DNA of 64,000 bases from Candidatus Adlerbacteria bacterium (GTDB lineage Bacteria > Patescibacteriota > Minisyncoccia > Phycocordibacterales > SBAW01), in NCBI GenBank assembly GCA_903851045.1, contig CAINNF010000007.1:11289-75288 (forward strand), read 5' to 3'. The notes beneath the pieces were generated by a model. The model did no database searches, was not told where the DNA came from, and was given only the letters and a program-made list of their open reading frames with translations. Shown here in pieces: positions 27,035-36,370 of this stretch. Made by a program: the position numbers and the translations under genes. The stretch's first letter is position 1. Each line of letters opens with the position of its first letter.

Positions 27035-27541
27035 TTACCCCGCCATCGGACGATACGAGGCTAGACACGTGAGCCCGACCGCTATGGCGTCCACCTCATC
27101 ATCGAGCCTTTTTTTGTCCGAAATCGCCAAAAGACGGCTTACCATAAGGGCGACAGCCGACTTCTCACTCCTGCCGAAGCCCGTGATAGCGATCTTTACC
27201 TGCAGCGGCGTGTATTGATATAACGGCAACCCATATGAAGCGGCGATGTAGCTGAGCATGCCGCGTACCTCGGCCACTTTCATTGCCGTTTTTGCGTTTT
27301 TGGCGAAATAGAGGTCCTCAAGTGCCACCATTGTGGGCGCGTACATCTCAACGAGCGCTTCGGCCGCAGCACCGAGGATACCAAGACGCTCATGGAAGGG
27401 GAGTGAAGCACTTGTGCGGATACAGTCGGAGTGCAGCAGCTTCTCCTTTCCTCCTATCTTTTCGATAACCGAGACACCAAGACGCTCAAAGCCCGGATCG
27501 AACGCGAGGACGCGGATCCCACCACTATTCTTACGCGGCAT
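27035..27541 (-). CDS. ruvC: Crossover junction endodeoxyribonuclease RuvC
   Basis: IRVLAFDPGFERLGVSV ... catalytic acidic residues, 168 aa. Confidence 0.85.
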   Translation of the reverse strand: MPRKNSGGIRVLAFDPGFERLGVSVIEKIGGKEKLLHSDCIRTSASLPFHERLGILGAAAEALVEMYAPTMVALEDLYFAKNAKTAMKVAEVRGMLSYIAASYGLPLYQYTPLQVKIAITGFGRSEKSAVALMVSRLLAISDKKRLDDEVDAIAVGLTCLASYRPMAG

Positions 27542-28058
27542 TGGTGTAGACCTCGTTGACGTCGTCGTGCTCTTCGAGTTCGTCGACTATCACTGCGAGC
27601 TGCTCAAGGTCTTCGTCGGTGAGTTCGACGGGAGAGACCGGTTCCAGCTTGTCGCCGACTCGGGTGAAGGCCCACATAGCGGCACCTTGGTTGGCGAGCG
27701 AGCCGCCGTTCTTGCTCAAAATATGCTTCACCTCTTGGACGGTGCGGTTGCGGTTGTCGGTGTAGCCTTCGATGATGATGGCCACGCCACCGGGGCCGTA
27801 GGCCTCGTAGACGACCGTCTCCAGCTCCTCCGACGACGCAGAAGCCTTGTCGATAGCGCGGTCGATGTTGTCGGCGGGCATATTCTCACCCCGAGCCTTC
27901 TCGATAGCCATACGCAGCCCTGGCGAATTCCTGTCCCCTTTAGCCTTCTTAGCCTCTACGGTAATAAAGCGCACCAGCTTCGAAAAGACCTTGCTCTTGC
28001 GAGCATCGGTCGAAGCCTTCTTGTGTTTAATTTTGCTCCACTTGCTGTGTCCTGACAT
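27531..28058 (-). CDS. yebC: YebC/PmpR-family probable transcriptional regulatory protein (short form)
   Basis: MSGHSKWSKIKHKKASTDARKSKVFSKLVRFITVEAK ... PGLRMAIEKARGENMPADNIDRAI; immediately upstream of and overlapping ruvC. Confidence 0.75.
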   Translation of the reverse strand: MSGHSKWSKIKHKKASTDARKSKVFSKLVRFITVEAKKAKGDRNSPGLRMAIEKARGENMPADNIDRAIDKASASSEELETVVYEAYGPGGVAIIIEGYTDNRNRTVQEVKHILSKNGGSLANQGAAMWAFTRVGDKLEPVSPVELTDEDLEQLAVIVDELEEHDDVNEVYTNAA

Positions 28059-28080
28059 ATACAGAGACTATACTCGCCTC

Positions 28081-28130
28081 TTTTAAAAAGAAAAGTCCTG
28101 CCAGGAAACATGCGTGTTTCTGGCAGGACC
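28081..28130 (-). terminator. Rho-independent terminator (minus strand) after the 288-aa hypothetical gene
   Basis: gtcctgccaggaaacatgcgtgtttctggcaggac hairpin with a T-run on the minus strand (aaaaagaaaa on plus). Confidence 0.6.
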
Positions 28131-28152
28131 GTATGGAAGTGATTCTGGGTGG

Positions 28153-29019
28153 TTATTTAAAATAGCCGTGAATCAGGTAATGTCCTGGTTGGTGCGGGAA
28201 ACTTCGCACAGTTCCTTCAAAGTATGGATCGTCGACCGCTGCTATGGGTAGTGTGTTTTCGTTCCAAGGACCGATCTTCCACTTGATGTGAATCTCTCGT
28301 CCGAACAACGCGAGACTTTCTGCTCGCACAGCATCGATCGATGTGTCGGCAGGAACCTCTCGAGTGAACGAAGTGCCTACAGGCATCCTTGGTCCATTGC
28401 TGTGGCCACACTGTGCATTTATTCTGTTCCAGCCAAGTAAGTACGAAGCATTGTCGCTGTGCGGACCGCGTTTGGAGGGCAGCATGTAAGCCTCGACCTC
28501 TCCCTGGAGACACATCCGCACAGCAAGCGCCAACGTGTCTTTTGTCCGCATACGCACAGGGCAGCCGGTGAGATGGTGACTGAATGTACCACAATACCGA
28601 CAAGGGATATGTTCGAACACGAGCATGACCGTGAGGTTGTGTGTTCGAAACAATGCTCGCCAACTCAGCCAGTCACGATCTTTGTGTGCGTCGTTTGGTC
28701 GAAGACCGATGGTACGAGTTGTGGCATGGTAGAACAGGGTCCCGGTGCCGAGAACCACCTCCTCGCCAACTGACGGAGTACCAACATTGGTTGGCGCCTC
28801 TCTGGTCCACGAGGGACGGATATTTTGAACAATGGCGACCAGTCGCCCTTTCTTGTTGAGCAAACCAGAGGTCTTGGACTTCAGGGACAATAACCCCGGT
28901 GACGCGTCAGGACTCAAGCTGATGCAGCCATACCGACCCGTCTGATGCTCCTCTGCAGGCCAATTCAATACACCCGAACCCAGTTCGTAGCGCATATGAT
29001 CCTCCCAAGTTGATCTCAA
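28153..29019 (-). CDS. Hypothetical Cys/His-rich protein (288 aa) between yebC-ruvC and ruvB
   Basis: Continuous ORF filling the gap; possible metal-binding cluster HIPCRYCGTFSHHLTGCP...C; no family recognised. Confidence 0.45.
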   Translation of the reverse strand: MRSTWEDHMRYELGSGVLNWPAEEHQTGRYGCISLSPDASPGLLSLKSKTSGLLNKKGRLVAIVQNIRPSWTREAPTNVGTPSVGEEVVLGTGTLFYHATTRTIGLRPNDAHKDRDWLSWRALFRTHNLTVMLVFEHIPCRYCGTFSHHLTGCPVRMRTKDTLALAVRMCLQGEVEAYMLPSKRGPHSDNASYLLGWNRINAQCGHSNGPRMPVGTSFTREVPADTSIDAVRAESLALFGREIHIKWKIGPWNENTLPIAAVDDPYFEGTVRSFPHQPGHYLIHGYFK

Positions 29020-29128
29020 GATATTGTACAGTAATAAACTCTTGTGTCAAATTAGTTGGTTGCGGTACTCGATCAATAAGTTTTTTTGAGATCACACTTG
29101 CCCTCGAAAAAAAGAAAAGCCACCCATA

Positions 29129-29422
29129 CTACGCGAGGATGGGTGGGGGCTTGTCGTACTTTGGACTTTCGAGAAGTGTAGCGAGCGCCATGAAGGTGGC
29201 CCCACCCATCTCTTGCATAGGCACAACATGAACCTCCATGCGGCCGAGAGAAAGGGTGCGATGGTCGGTCACCCCGATAGCGATAGTCCCTCGACGGACT
29301 CCGCTCGACACGAGCCCATTAAAGACCTTCTCCAGGGCTGCTTGTTGGCTATGTGCCGCAACATACCCAAGAGTCCAGTTGCCCTGCGGGCCAGAGACAG
29401 TCACTATAAAGATCATGTACAA
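29129..29422 (-). CDS. Hypothetical small protein (97 aa)
   Basis: ORF in gene orientation between the 288-aa hypothetical gene and ruvB; no recognisable motif. Confidence 0.35.
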   Translation of the reverse strand: MYMIFIVTVSGPQGNWTLGYVAAHSQQAALEKVFNGLVSSGVRRGTIAIGVTDHRTLSLGRMEVHVVPMQEMGGATFMALATLLESPKYDKPPPILA

Positions 29423-29492
29423 AACCTCCTTTGACTAAAGAACAACCTACTTGTATGAACAACATTCGTCAACCTATTCAGTAGTATGTTTT

Positions 29493-30515
29493 TTATAGTA
29501 ACCGCTCGTTCAAATCCTCCGGAGGTTTTTTGCCGAGGTGTTCGTAGGCTTTTTTGGTGGCGACGCGGCCGCGCTGAGTGCGCTCGATGAGGCCGAGTTG
29601 CAGGAGGAAGGGTTCGTGGACTTCGGAGAGTGTGTTTGGTTCTTCAGCGAGGGCGGCGCCTAGGGCTGAGACGCCGACGGGGCCGCCGTGGAAGCGGTCG
29701 ATGAGAGCGAGGAGGAGGGCACGGTCCAGTGGGGTGAGGCCGAGTTCGTCGACCTCCAGCAGGCCAAGTGCGCTTTCGACGATTCCTTTGGAGAGTGGGA
29801 CACGCTTGAGTTGGGCGAAGTCACGTGCTCGCTTGAGGAGATAGTTGGCGGTGCGTGGGGTGGAGCGGCTGCGCTTCGCTATCTCACGCACACCGGTCTC
29901 TTCGACCTCGACACCAAGAATAGCCGCCGAGCGGCGCACGATGTTGGTGATGTCGTCCTCGCTGTAGAACTCGAGTCGAAAGACACCGCCAGAGAAGCGC
30001 GAGCGCAGCGGCGCAGAGAGGTCGGCGATGCGCGTGGTCGCGGCGATGAGCGTGAAGGGCGGCAGCGGCAGCTCGATCGTGCGCGCGCTCGGTCCTTTGC
30101 CGATGATGATATTGAGAATGCCCGACTCCATAGCGGGGTAGAGGACCTCTTCGATGGTGCGCGAGAGCCGGTGTATCTCATCGATGAAGAGCACATCGCC
30201 TGGTTGGAGGTTGGTGAGCAGTGCCGCGAGGTCACCAACGCGCTCGATAGCGGGCCCGGAGGTCGAGCGCATCGTGCCACCAAGTTCGCGCGCGATAAGG
30301 TGTGCCAGCGTGGTCTTGCCGAGTCCTGGAGGGCCGTAAAAAAGGATATGTTCGGGCGGATGCTGACGCTCCTTGGCGGCAGTGATCAGGATATGGAGAT
30401 TGTTTTTGATACTTTCTTGGCCGATGTAGTCGTCCCACGACGAAGGGCGCAGCGTCTGGTCGAGAAACGTGTCATGTCCTGTGTCGGCCGCGCGCTCTGG
30501 CGAATTGCTTGACAT
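29493..30515 (-). CDS. ruvB: Holliday junction branch migration ATPase RuvB
   Basis: [46 protein letters not shown]; Walker [12 protein letters not shown]. Confidence 0.9.
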   Translation of the reverse strand: MSSNSPERAADTGHDTFLDQTLRPSSWDDYIGQESIKNNLHILITAAKERQHPPEHILFYGPPGLGKTTLAHLIARELGGTMRSTSGPAIERVGDLAALLTNLQPGDVLFIDEIHRLSRTIEEVLYPAMESGILNIIIGKGPSARTIELPLPPFTLIAATTRIADLSAPLRSRFSGGVFRLEFYSEDDITNIVRRSAAILGVEVEETGVREIAKRSRSTPRTANYLLKRARDFAQLKRVPLSKGIVESALGLLEVDELGLTPLDRALLLALIDRFHGGPVGVSALGAALAEEPNTLSEVHEPFLLQLGLIERTQRGRVATKKAYEHLGKKPPEDLNERLL

Positions 30516-30893
30516 AAAAATATTCCTATGCTAGGCTCTATTTAGTCGCCCCACTTCTTTGTGTTTGAGGGGTTTTCTTTTTTGTCATAATTTCGAACGT
30601 GCATATCTCTAAGTAATAAGGCCTCTCATCGGGTTTTGGAGCCTACACGAGGACACTTCGGTTCATCGTCTTGTACGATGTACGGGGGTTATCCTAAGCG
30701 TTGGTATCCTGTTTTTGAAAAATTTCAAAAATTTTATTACTTAGAGGTATGCCTGCTCGAATACTTCGACTACGCTCAGTACAAGCGCCTCGATTGTGCT
30801 CGGTGCAAGTCTGTTCCGTACAAGCCTCATCAACTCTACTCAGTATATACGTACTACGCAACGTTGCGGCGCAACTTTTTTTGTTTTTGAGTG
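30516..30893. other. 378-bp non-coding gap between ruvB and pilB with plus-strand terminator-like hairpins (candidate sRNA locus)
   Basis: ccccacttctttgtgtttgaggggttttctttttt at about 30557-30595 and cgcaacgttgcggcgcaacttttttt at about 30860-30890; promoter-like ttgaaa...tactta in between. Confidence 0.3.
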
Positions 30894-32591
30894 CTAACGC
30901 ACCTCGAGATCGACGACGCGTGATAATTCGTCAAGTGACGTGAGGCCCCGCAGCACTTTGATGACACCATCTTCAAGCATCGAGGGTATGCCTTGTGGAC
31001 GTGTCGCGGTCGTGATCTCGCGTTCGGATGGTTTGTCGCGCAAGACCGCTTCGAGGATCGAGTCCATAAAGATTGCTTCGAAGACACCGATGCGGCCTTT
31101 GTATCCTCGATTGTGACACTCAGGGCAACCGTCGGGTTTCGCGTCCCACACCTTTAACCGATTCTCGGGCACGAGCGTACGGTCTACCACGCCAGCCATG
31201 ACCTGTTTGATCACCGCCATCTCTTTTTCGTTCTGGTCACGCTCGATCTTGCAGACCTTACACAAGGTACGCACCAACCGTTGCGCCATCGCGACCGTGA
31301 TAGCTGAACTCAGCACTTTTTCGTTGATACCCATGTCGATTAGGCGGGGGAAGGTCCCCGCGGCGTTGTTGGTGTGCAGCGTCGAGAACACCAAGTGGCC
31401 GGTCAGCGACGCGTTGATTGCGGTCTCTGCAACCTCGCCGTCGCGGATCTCGCCGACCATGATGACGTCTGGGTCGGCACGCAGTGCGGAGCGTAACCCT
31501 TGCGCGAACGAATAGTTCTTCTCGACCTGTGTCTGTACGATAGGGAGGTGATATTCGATCGGGTCCTCGATGGTAATGATCTTAGTGCCTGGTTCGTTCA
31601 CTTTACGCAAGAACGCGTACAGTGTCGTCGTCTTACCCGAACCGGTCGGACCGGTCGTGAGAATCATGCCGTTCGGGCGGGCGATCTCGTGATAGATACG
31701 ATCGAGTAGTTTTGGCTCCAGCCCGAGCGCTTCGAGGGACACGGAGATCGCTTTTGGATTGAGGATACGAAGCACCACAGTCTCGCCGTAGTTGCCCGGG
31801 AGCACCGAGGTGCGCATCTCGATCTCGTCGCCGCGGACTTTGATGCTAAAACGCCCGTCTTGCGCCTCGGTGGTGATGTTGAGCTTCATGCCCGACAGGA
31901 GCTTCATGCGGGAAAGCACCAACCGATACGTCTCGTGGTCGAGGGTCAGCACGTTGACGAGTACGCCGTCGAGCCGGTACCGCAACTGTACATTGAACTC
32001 CTCGGGTTCGAAGTGGATGTCGGAGGCGCTGAGCGAGAGTCCTCCGGCGAGAATAACCTCGACGATATGCGTCACGCGATACGCGCGTTTGGTGTCCGCG
32101 GCCGATTCTTGGATGAGCGCGCTGATGTCAGTGAGCGACTTAACCTTCGTGAGAAGCGCCTCGATCTCCTCGGGCGAGATCTCGAAGACGCCCGCCTTGC
32201 TTTCGGTCGCGAACGAAAGGTCCGCGTATCGCGCGTATCCGCGCGCGAGACTCTCTTGAGAGCACATGAACATGGTGGGAATGTACCCGAGATCTTGCAG
32301 GTGTTGTACCGTCGCCAAGGCTTTTGGGTTCGCGGGAGATCGTACCGCAAGACTGAGCTTTTTGCCTACCATCCCGAACGCAACCACCTCGGCGTCCCGC
32401 GCATCCTTTTCGGGCAGGAGACGCAAGGCATCGGAGTTTATCGCGACGAGCGACAGGTCGACGTACTCGACGCCATACTTGTGCGACAATACTTGCGCCA
32501 GTTCCTCCTCCTCGCGCTTTTTGAGGAACTCAAGACGCCGCTGCTGCTCTTCATCGCCAAAGACTACCATTGGCTTTATTGTACCTCGCAC
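30894..32591 (-). CDS. pilB: Type IV pilus assembly ATPase PilB (GspE family)
   Basis: Walker A LTTGPTGSGKTTTL, Asp box, His box, C-terminal tetracysteine (CKVCK...CPECHNRGYKGRIGVFE), 565 aa. Confidence 0.85.
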   Translation of the reverse strand: MRGTIKPMVVFGDEEQQRRLEFLKKREEEELAQVLSHKYGVEYVDLSLVAINSDALRLLPEKDARDAEVVAFGMVGKKLSLAVRSPANPKALATVQHLQDLGYIPTMFMCSQESLARGYARYADLSFATESKAGVFEISPEEIEALLTKVKSLTDISALIQESAADTKRAYRVTHIVEVILAGGLSLSASDIHFEPEEFNVQLRYRLDGVLVNVLTLDHETYRLVLSRMKLLSGMKLNITTEAQDGRFSIKVRGDEIEMRTSVLPGNYGETVVLRILNPKAISVSLEALGLEPKLLDRIYHEIARPNGMILTTGPTGSGKTTTLYAFLRKVNEPGTKIITIEDPIEYHLPIVQTQVEKNYSFAQGLRSALRADPDVIMVGEIRDGEVAETAINASLTGHLVFSTLHTNNAAGTFPRLIDMGINEKVLSSAITVAMAQRLVRTLCKVCKIERDQNEKEMAVIKQVMAGVVDRTLVPENRLKVWDAKPDGCPECHNRGYKGRIGVFEAIFMDSILEAVLRDKPSEREITTATRPQGIPSMLEDGVIKVLRGLTSLDELSRVVDLEVR

Positions 32592-32639
32592 ACACCGCAG
32601 ATGCTATGTTCTGCTGTCGATTTGGTACACTACCGACAT

Positions 32640-33080
32640 ATGGAGAACGTGAAACTCGATGATCTGGGAGTGGTGGCCCAAAAAACGCTTTCTCGCGTAC
32701 CCCAAGAAGGCTTGCGTGCAGCGCTCATAACGCTCCACGGTGACCTTGGTGCGGGTAAGACCACGTTTGTACAGGTGTTGGGGAAGGAACTTGGTGTGGA
32801 AACGACGATCCAGAGCCCAACATATGTATTGATGAGATCATATCCGATCAACTTTGGACGTTTTACAAAACTCGTGCACATAGACGCGTACCGACTCACG
32901 GTCCCCGAAGAGTTCGCAACACTTAAGCCCGAAGAGTTCTTCAGCGACCCACAGGCACTGGTGGTTTTGGAGTGGCCAGAGCGAGTGGGCGACCTGCTCC
33001 CTCCGCCGGACCTTCGACTCAACTTCTCGTCCGAGGGTGCCAGTGCCGATGAGCGGTTCATCGAAATCATCCAAAAGTAA
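32640..33080 (+). CDS. tsaE: tRNA threonylcarbamoyladenosine biosynthesis protein TsaE
   Basis: LHGDLGAGKTTFVQVLGKELGV...SPTYVLMRSY...HIDAYRL; 146 aa. Shares a reading frame with a long upstream ORF that is antisense to pilB. Confidence 0.8.
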   Translation: MENVKLDDLGVVAQKTLSRVPQEGLRAALITLHGDLGAGKTTFVQVLGKELGVETTIQSPTYVLMRSYPINFGRFTKLVHIDAYRLTVPEEFATLKPEEFFSDPQALVVLEWPERVGDLLPPPDLRLNFSSEGASADERFIEIIQK

Positions 33081-33110
33081 CTCCTTGGTCGCTCATGATA
33101 TAATCGTTGT

Positions 33111-33716
33111 GTGAAAATGCGGATACTGTTCGCTGCGCTCGTCATCTTGATTATCGGCATAGTATCTTGCTCTGCATGGTTCTACCTGCGTATACAAAAA
33201 GACAGCACAGGAACAAAGGTGTTCGCTCCAAACACAGAATCACTACCACAAACAAGAGATGGTTTGGCTGATGCTGCGACCACATCAGCAAGACAGTATA
33301 CAAACAGCGAGTTTGGATTCTCGTTGGTTTCGCCAATCGACTTGTCTTTTGAAAAACTCACGCCAACACAAGGGTTTAATGCTTCCAAACCGCACGCGAT
33401 TTTACATATACAGAATCAAATCAAGGCAGGTACAAGCACTTGGAATGGGTTGATATACATCAACTCGTCTTGGGAAGGGCCTATGGGGCCAGATGATTGG
33501 AGTTCCGCCACAAGCTCAATGCTTGTTAGTGGTGTTCCAGCAACGGTGCGAATAACAGGATCACAAATAGATGGAAAGATATACGAAGAGGAAAAACACG
33601 TCGATTTTGTACGAAATAGCAACTCTTATTTTATCCTTTTGTCGTATGATACCGTCGAAAACAGAGCAATAACGGACAGTATTCTGCAGAGGTTTGCGTT
33701 TGCGACAAGTCAGTAG
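33111..33716 (+). CDS. Hypothetical membrane-anchored protein
   Basis: MKMRILFAALVILIIGIVSCSAWFYL TM helix; 201 aa. Confidence 0.45.
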   Translation: MKMRILFAALVILIIGIVSCSAWFYLRIQKDSTGTKVFAPNTESLPQTRDGLADAATTSARQYTNSEFGFSLVSPIDLSFEKLTPTQGFNASKPHAILHIQNQIKAGTSTWNGLIYINSSWEGPMGPDDWSSATSSMLVSGVPATVRITGSQIDGKIYEEEKHVDFVRNSNSYFILLSYDTVENRAITDSILQRFAFATSQ

Positions 33717-33793
33717 TTTTTGACATCCTCTAGTGAATAGGGTCTTTTTTTGGCGACGTAGCTGTGGGAACAGGAATGATATAGAGTAAGGGT

Positions 33794-36370
33794 ATGATGA
33801 AGGAAAAGAATCCCTCGACTGGACTCGGGACACGGCGACTGGTGATTCTCGACACCCATGCCATCTTGCATCGTGCGTACCACGCCTTACCCGATTTTTC
33901 TTCGAGCAAGGGTGAACCGACGGGGGCTCTGTATGGGCTTATTACGATGTTGCTCAAGATTATCGGTGAGCTGAAGCCCGATTATATCGTGGCGGCCTTC
34001 GACTTGCCGGAGCCGACGCATCGCCACCTAGCGTTCGCGGAGTACAAGGCGCAACGGGCGAAGGCTGACGATGCGCTCGTAGCACAGATCATACGTTCAC
34101 GTGACGTGCTCGATGCGCTCGGTGTCGTGCGATACGAATGTGCGGGTTTCGAGGCTGACGACGTCATCGGGACCATCGTCGAAGAGTTGAAAGATGCTCG
34201 AGACATCGACGTGATCATCGCCTCCGGCGACATGGACACGCTCCAACTGGTCGACGACTCGCATGTGCGCGCATACACGCTGCGCAAGGGGCTTACCGAT
34301 ACCGTCCTATACGACGAGGAGAAGGTGAAAGAACGCTACGGCTTCGGTCCAGAACACATCGCGGACTACAAAGGTTTACGCGGTGACCCGTCGGACAATA
34401 TCCCCGGCGTGAAGGGTATCGGCGAGAAGACCGCGACGATGCTCATCGTCGAGTTCGGTACCATCGAGAACGTATACAAGGCGCTCAAAGGGCATCCAGA
34501 GAAACTGGTCGCTGCGGGCATAAAACAGGGGATCATACAAAAACTCACCGAGCAGGAGGAGCAGGCGGAATTTTCTAAAGAACTCGCTATCATTCGCCGG
34601 GACGCCCCTATCGATTTTGTATTGCCGCCGATGTGGCGCGAGCACGTGTCGCTGCCGACCATCCTCGACATGCTGCAGGAGTTCGAATTTCGCTCACTTA
34701 TTCCACGTATCAAGACAGTGTTGGCTTCGGGGTCGCGGTTTGGTACACAGGTAGTAGACCAGGCGAATCCTTTTCAGACTTACTCCGAAAAAGGTGGTGT
34801 GAAGAGGTCCCAATCTCCTGATTCCTCCGAAAAAGTCCTCGGGTCTCCCGTCCAGGCTGGAGGCCAGCCAGGCGGGCCAGACTATTTTCTTCAGGAGTCT
34901 GAAAAGGATTCGCCCAAACCACAGGAAGACTCCCTTTTTTCGGAAATCGAACAGGTCGACCAGACCGAGTTCGAGCAGGTTGCGCTGGCGGTGTGGGTTA
35001 TCGACTCGAACGTGACACAACCGACACTTGAAGATATCTATCGAGTCGGGAAGGCAGACAATTTTGCAGAGGCCAAACAGCATATTCTACAGGAGATCAA
35101 AGATCGAAACTTGAGTTTTGTGTACGAGAAGATCGAGTTGCCGCTCGCACCGGTATTGCGATCTGTGGAGTCGTACGGTGTGCGGGTGGATCGCGCGTTC
35201 CTCAAAAAACTCTCAAAGACATACCACAAGGAGCTCGAGAAGATGTCTGCGAACATATATAAGGCGGCGGGCGGCGAGTTTAATATCAACTCACCCAAAC
35301 AGCTGGGCGAGGTGCTCTTCGACCGGATGGGACTCGTGGTGAAGAACCAAAAGAAGACCGCGACCGGTGCGCGGTCGACGCGGGAGTCCGAGCTCGACAA
35401 GATGCGCGAGTTGCACCCCATCATCGCGGACATCCTTTCGTATCGCGAGCTCCAGAAACTCCTCTCGACCTATATCGATGTCATCCCGACGCTGCTCGAT
35501 GCGAAGGATCGGTTGCACACGAGTTATATCCAAGCGGGCACGACGACTGGGCGACTCGCATCGCAGAACCCGAACCTGCAGAATATCCCTATCAAGACCG
35601 AACTCGGGCGGGCTATTCGAAATGGGTTCGTTGCGAGCGAAGGGATGCAGCTCGTGTCGTTCGACTACTCGCAGATCGAGCTGCGAGTCGCAGCGTTGTT
35701 GTCGAACGATCCAACGCTCATAGATATTTTTAAGAACGGACGCGACGTGCATACCGAAGTGGCGGTGCGCGTCTTCCATGTGGAGCCGTCGGCGGTGACC
35801 TACGAGCAGCGTCGACGAGCGAAGGTCATCAACTTCGGCATCATCTATGGTATGGGTGTCAACGCGCTGAAGGAGTCGCTTGGCACCTCGCGTGCTGATG
35901 CGCAAGAATTCTATGATCAGTATTTTGCAGCCTTCCCACGGCTCGCGGCGTACTTGGAGGAAACGAAGGCGGATGCGGCTCGGCTCGGATACACGGAGAC
36001 GCTCTTTGGTCGTCGTCGGTACTTCGAGGGCATCAAGTCGCCGATACCCTATGTGCGCGCGGCGGCCGAACGCATGGCTATCAACGCTCCCATCCAAGGA
36101 ACAGCGACCGCAGACCTCATCAAACTCGCGATGGTCGAGGCGGTGCAGTGGATAGAGAAAGAAAAATTGGCAGACGAGGTGCATCTACTGCTCCAAGTGC
36201 ACGACGAACTCGTGTTCGAGGTGAAGGAGGTGTTGGTCGAGTCGAGTGCGAAAAAGATCAAAGAGATCATGGAGCAGGTGCTCTCGAGTGAGCAGCGAAA
36301 GGGGATACCCTTCAAAGCAGAAGGGAAGTCGGGCGCGAATTGGGGCGACATGCAGGAACTACGCGTATGA
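33794..36370 (+). CDS. polA: DNA polymerase I (5'-3' exonuclease plus polymerase domains; degenerate middle region carrying an in-frame palindromic-repeat insertion)
   Basis: 5' nuclease motifs (LVILDTHAILHRAYHA, GVKGIGEKTA) and Pol A motifs (DYSQIELRVAA, RRRAKVINFGIIYGM, QVHDELVFE); 858 aa. Confidence 0.9.
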   Translation: MMKEKNPSTGLGTRRLVILDTHAILHRAYHALPDFSSSKGEPTGALYGLITMLLKIIGELKPDYIVAAFDLPEPTHRHLAFAEYKAQRAKADDALVAQIIRSRDVLDALGVVRYECAGFEADDVIGTIVEELKDARDIDVIIASGDMDTLQLVDDSHVRAYTLRKGLTDTVLYDEEKVKERYGFGPEHIADYKGLRGDPSDNIPGVKGIGEKTATMLIVEFGTIENVYKALKGHPEKLVAAGIKQGIIQKLTEQEEQAEFSKELAIIRRDAPIDFVLPPMWREHVSLPTILDMLQEFEFRSLIPRIKTVLASGSRFGTQVVDQANPFQTYSEKGGVKRSQSPDSSEKVLGSPVQAGGQPGGPDYFLQESEKDSPKPQEDSLFSEIEQVDQTEFEQVALAVWVIDSNVTQPTLEDIYRVGKADNFAEAKQHILQEIKDRNLSFVYEKIELPLAPVLRSVESYGVRVDRAFLKKLSKTYHKELEKMSANIYKAAGGEFNINSPKQLGEVLFDRMGLVVKNQKKTATGARSTRESELDKMRELHPIIADILSYRELQKLLSTYIDVIPTLLDAKDRLHTSYIQAGTTTGRLASQNPNLQNIPIKTELGRAIRNGFVASEGMQLVSFDYSQIELRVAALLSNDPTLIDIFKNGRDVHTEVAVRVFHVEPSAVTYEQRRRAKVINFGIIYGMGVNALKESLGTSRADAQEFYDQYFAAFPRLAAYLEETKADAARLGYTETLFGRRRYFEGIKSPIPYVRAAAERMAINAPIQGTATADLIKLAMVEAVQWIEKEKLADEVHLLLQVHDELVFEVKEVLVESSAKKIKEIMEQVLSSEQRKGIPFKAEGKSGANWGDMQELRV
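34815..34905. repeat. Palindromic repeat element copy 2, inserted in-frame within polA
   Basis: Core aaagtcctcgggtctcccgtccaggctggaggccagccaggcgggccagactattt at 34832-34888. Translated in polA as EKVLGSPVQAGGQPGGPDYFLQE. Confidence 0.8.

Noticed and set aside
29688-30512. 274-aa plus-strand ORF
   Set aside because: Antisense to ruvB; high-GC open frame artefact.
30516-30893. tmRNA, RNase P RNA, SRP RNA or 6S RNA in the ruvB-pilB gap
   Set aside because: Could not find the diagnostic motifs: tRNA-like ends and tag ORF; GGAAAGUCCGG P4; GGAAGCAGCC of the SRP. Kept only as a generic sRNA candidate.
31860-32639. N-terminal 260 codons of the 406-aa plus-strand ORF 31860..33080
   Set aside because: Runs antisense through pilB; only the last 146 codons (tsaE, from the ATG at 32640) have protein-like motifs.
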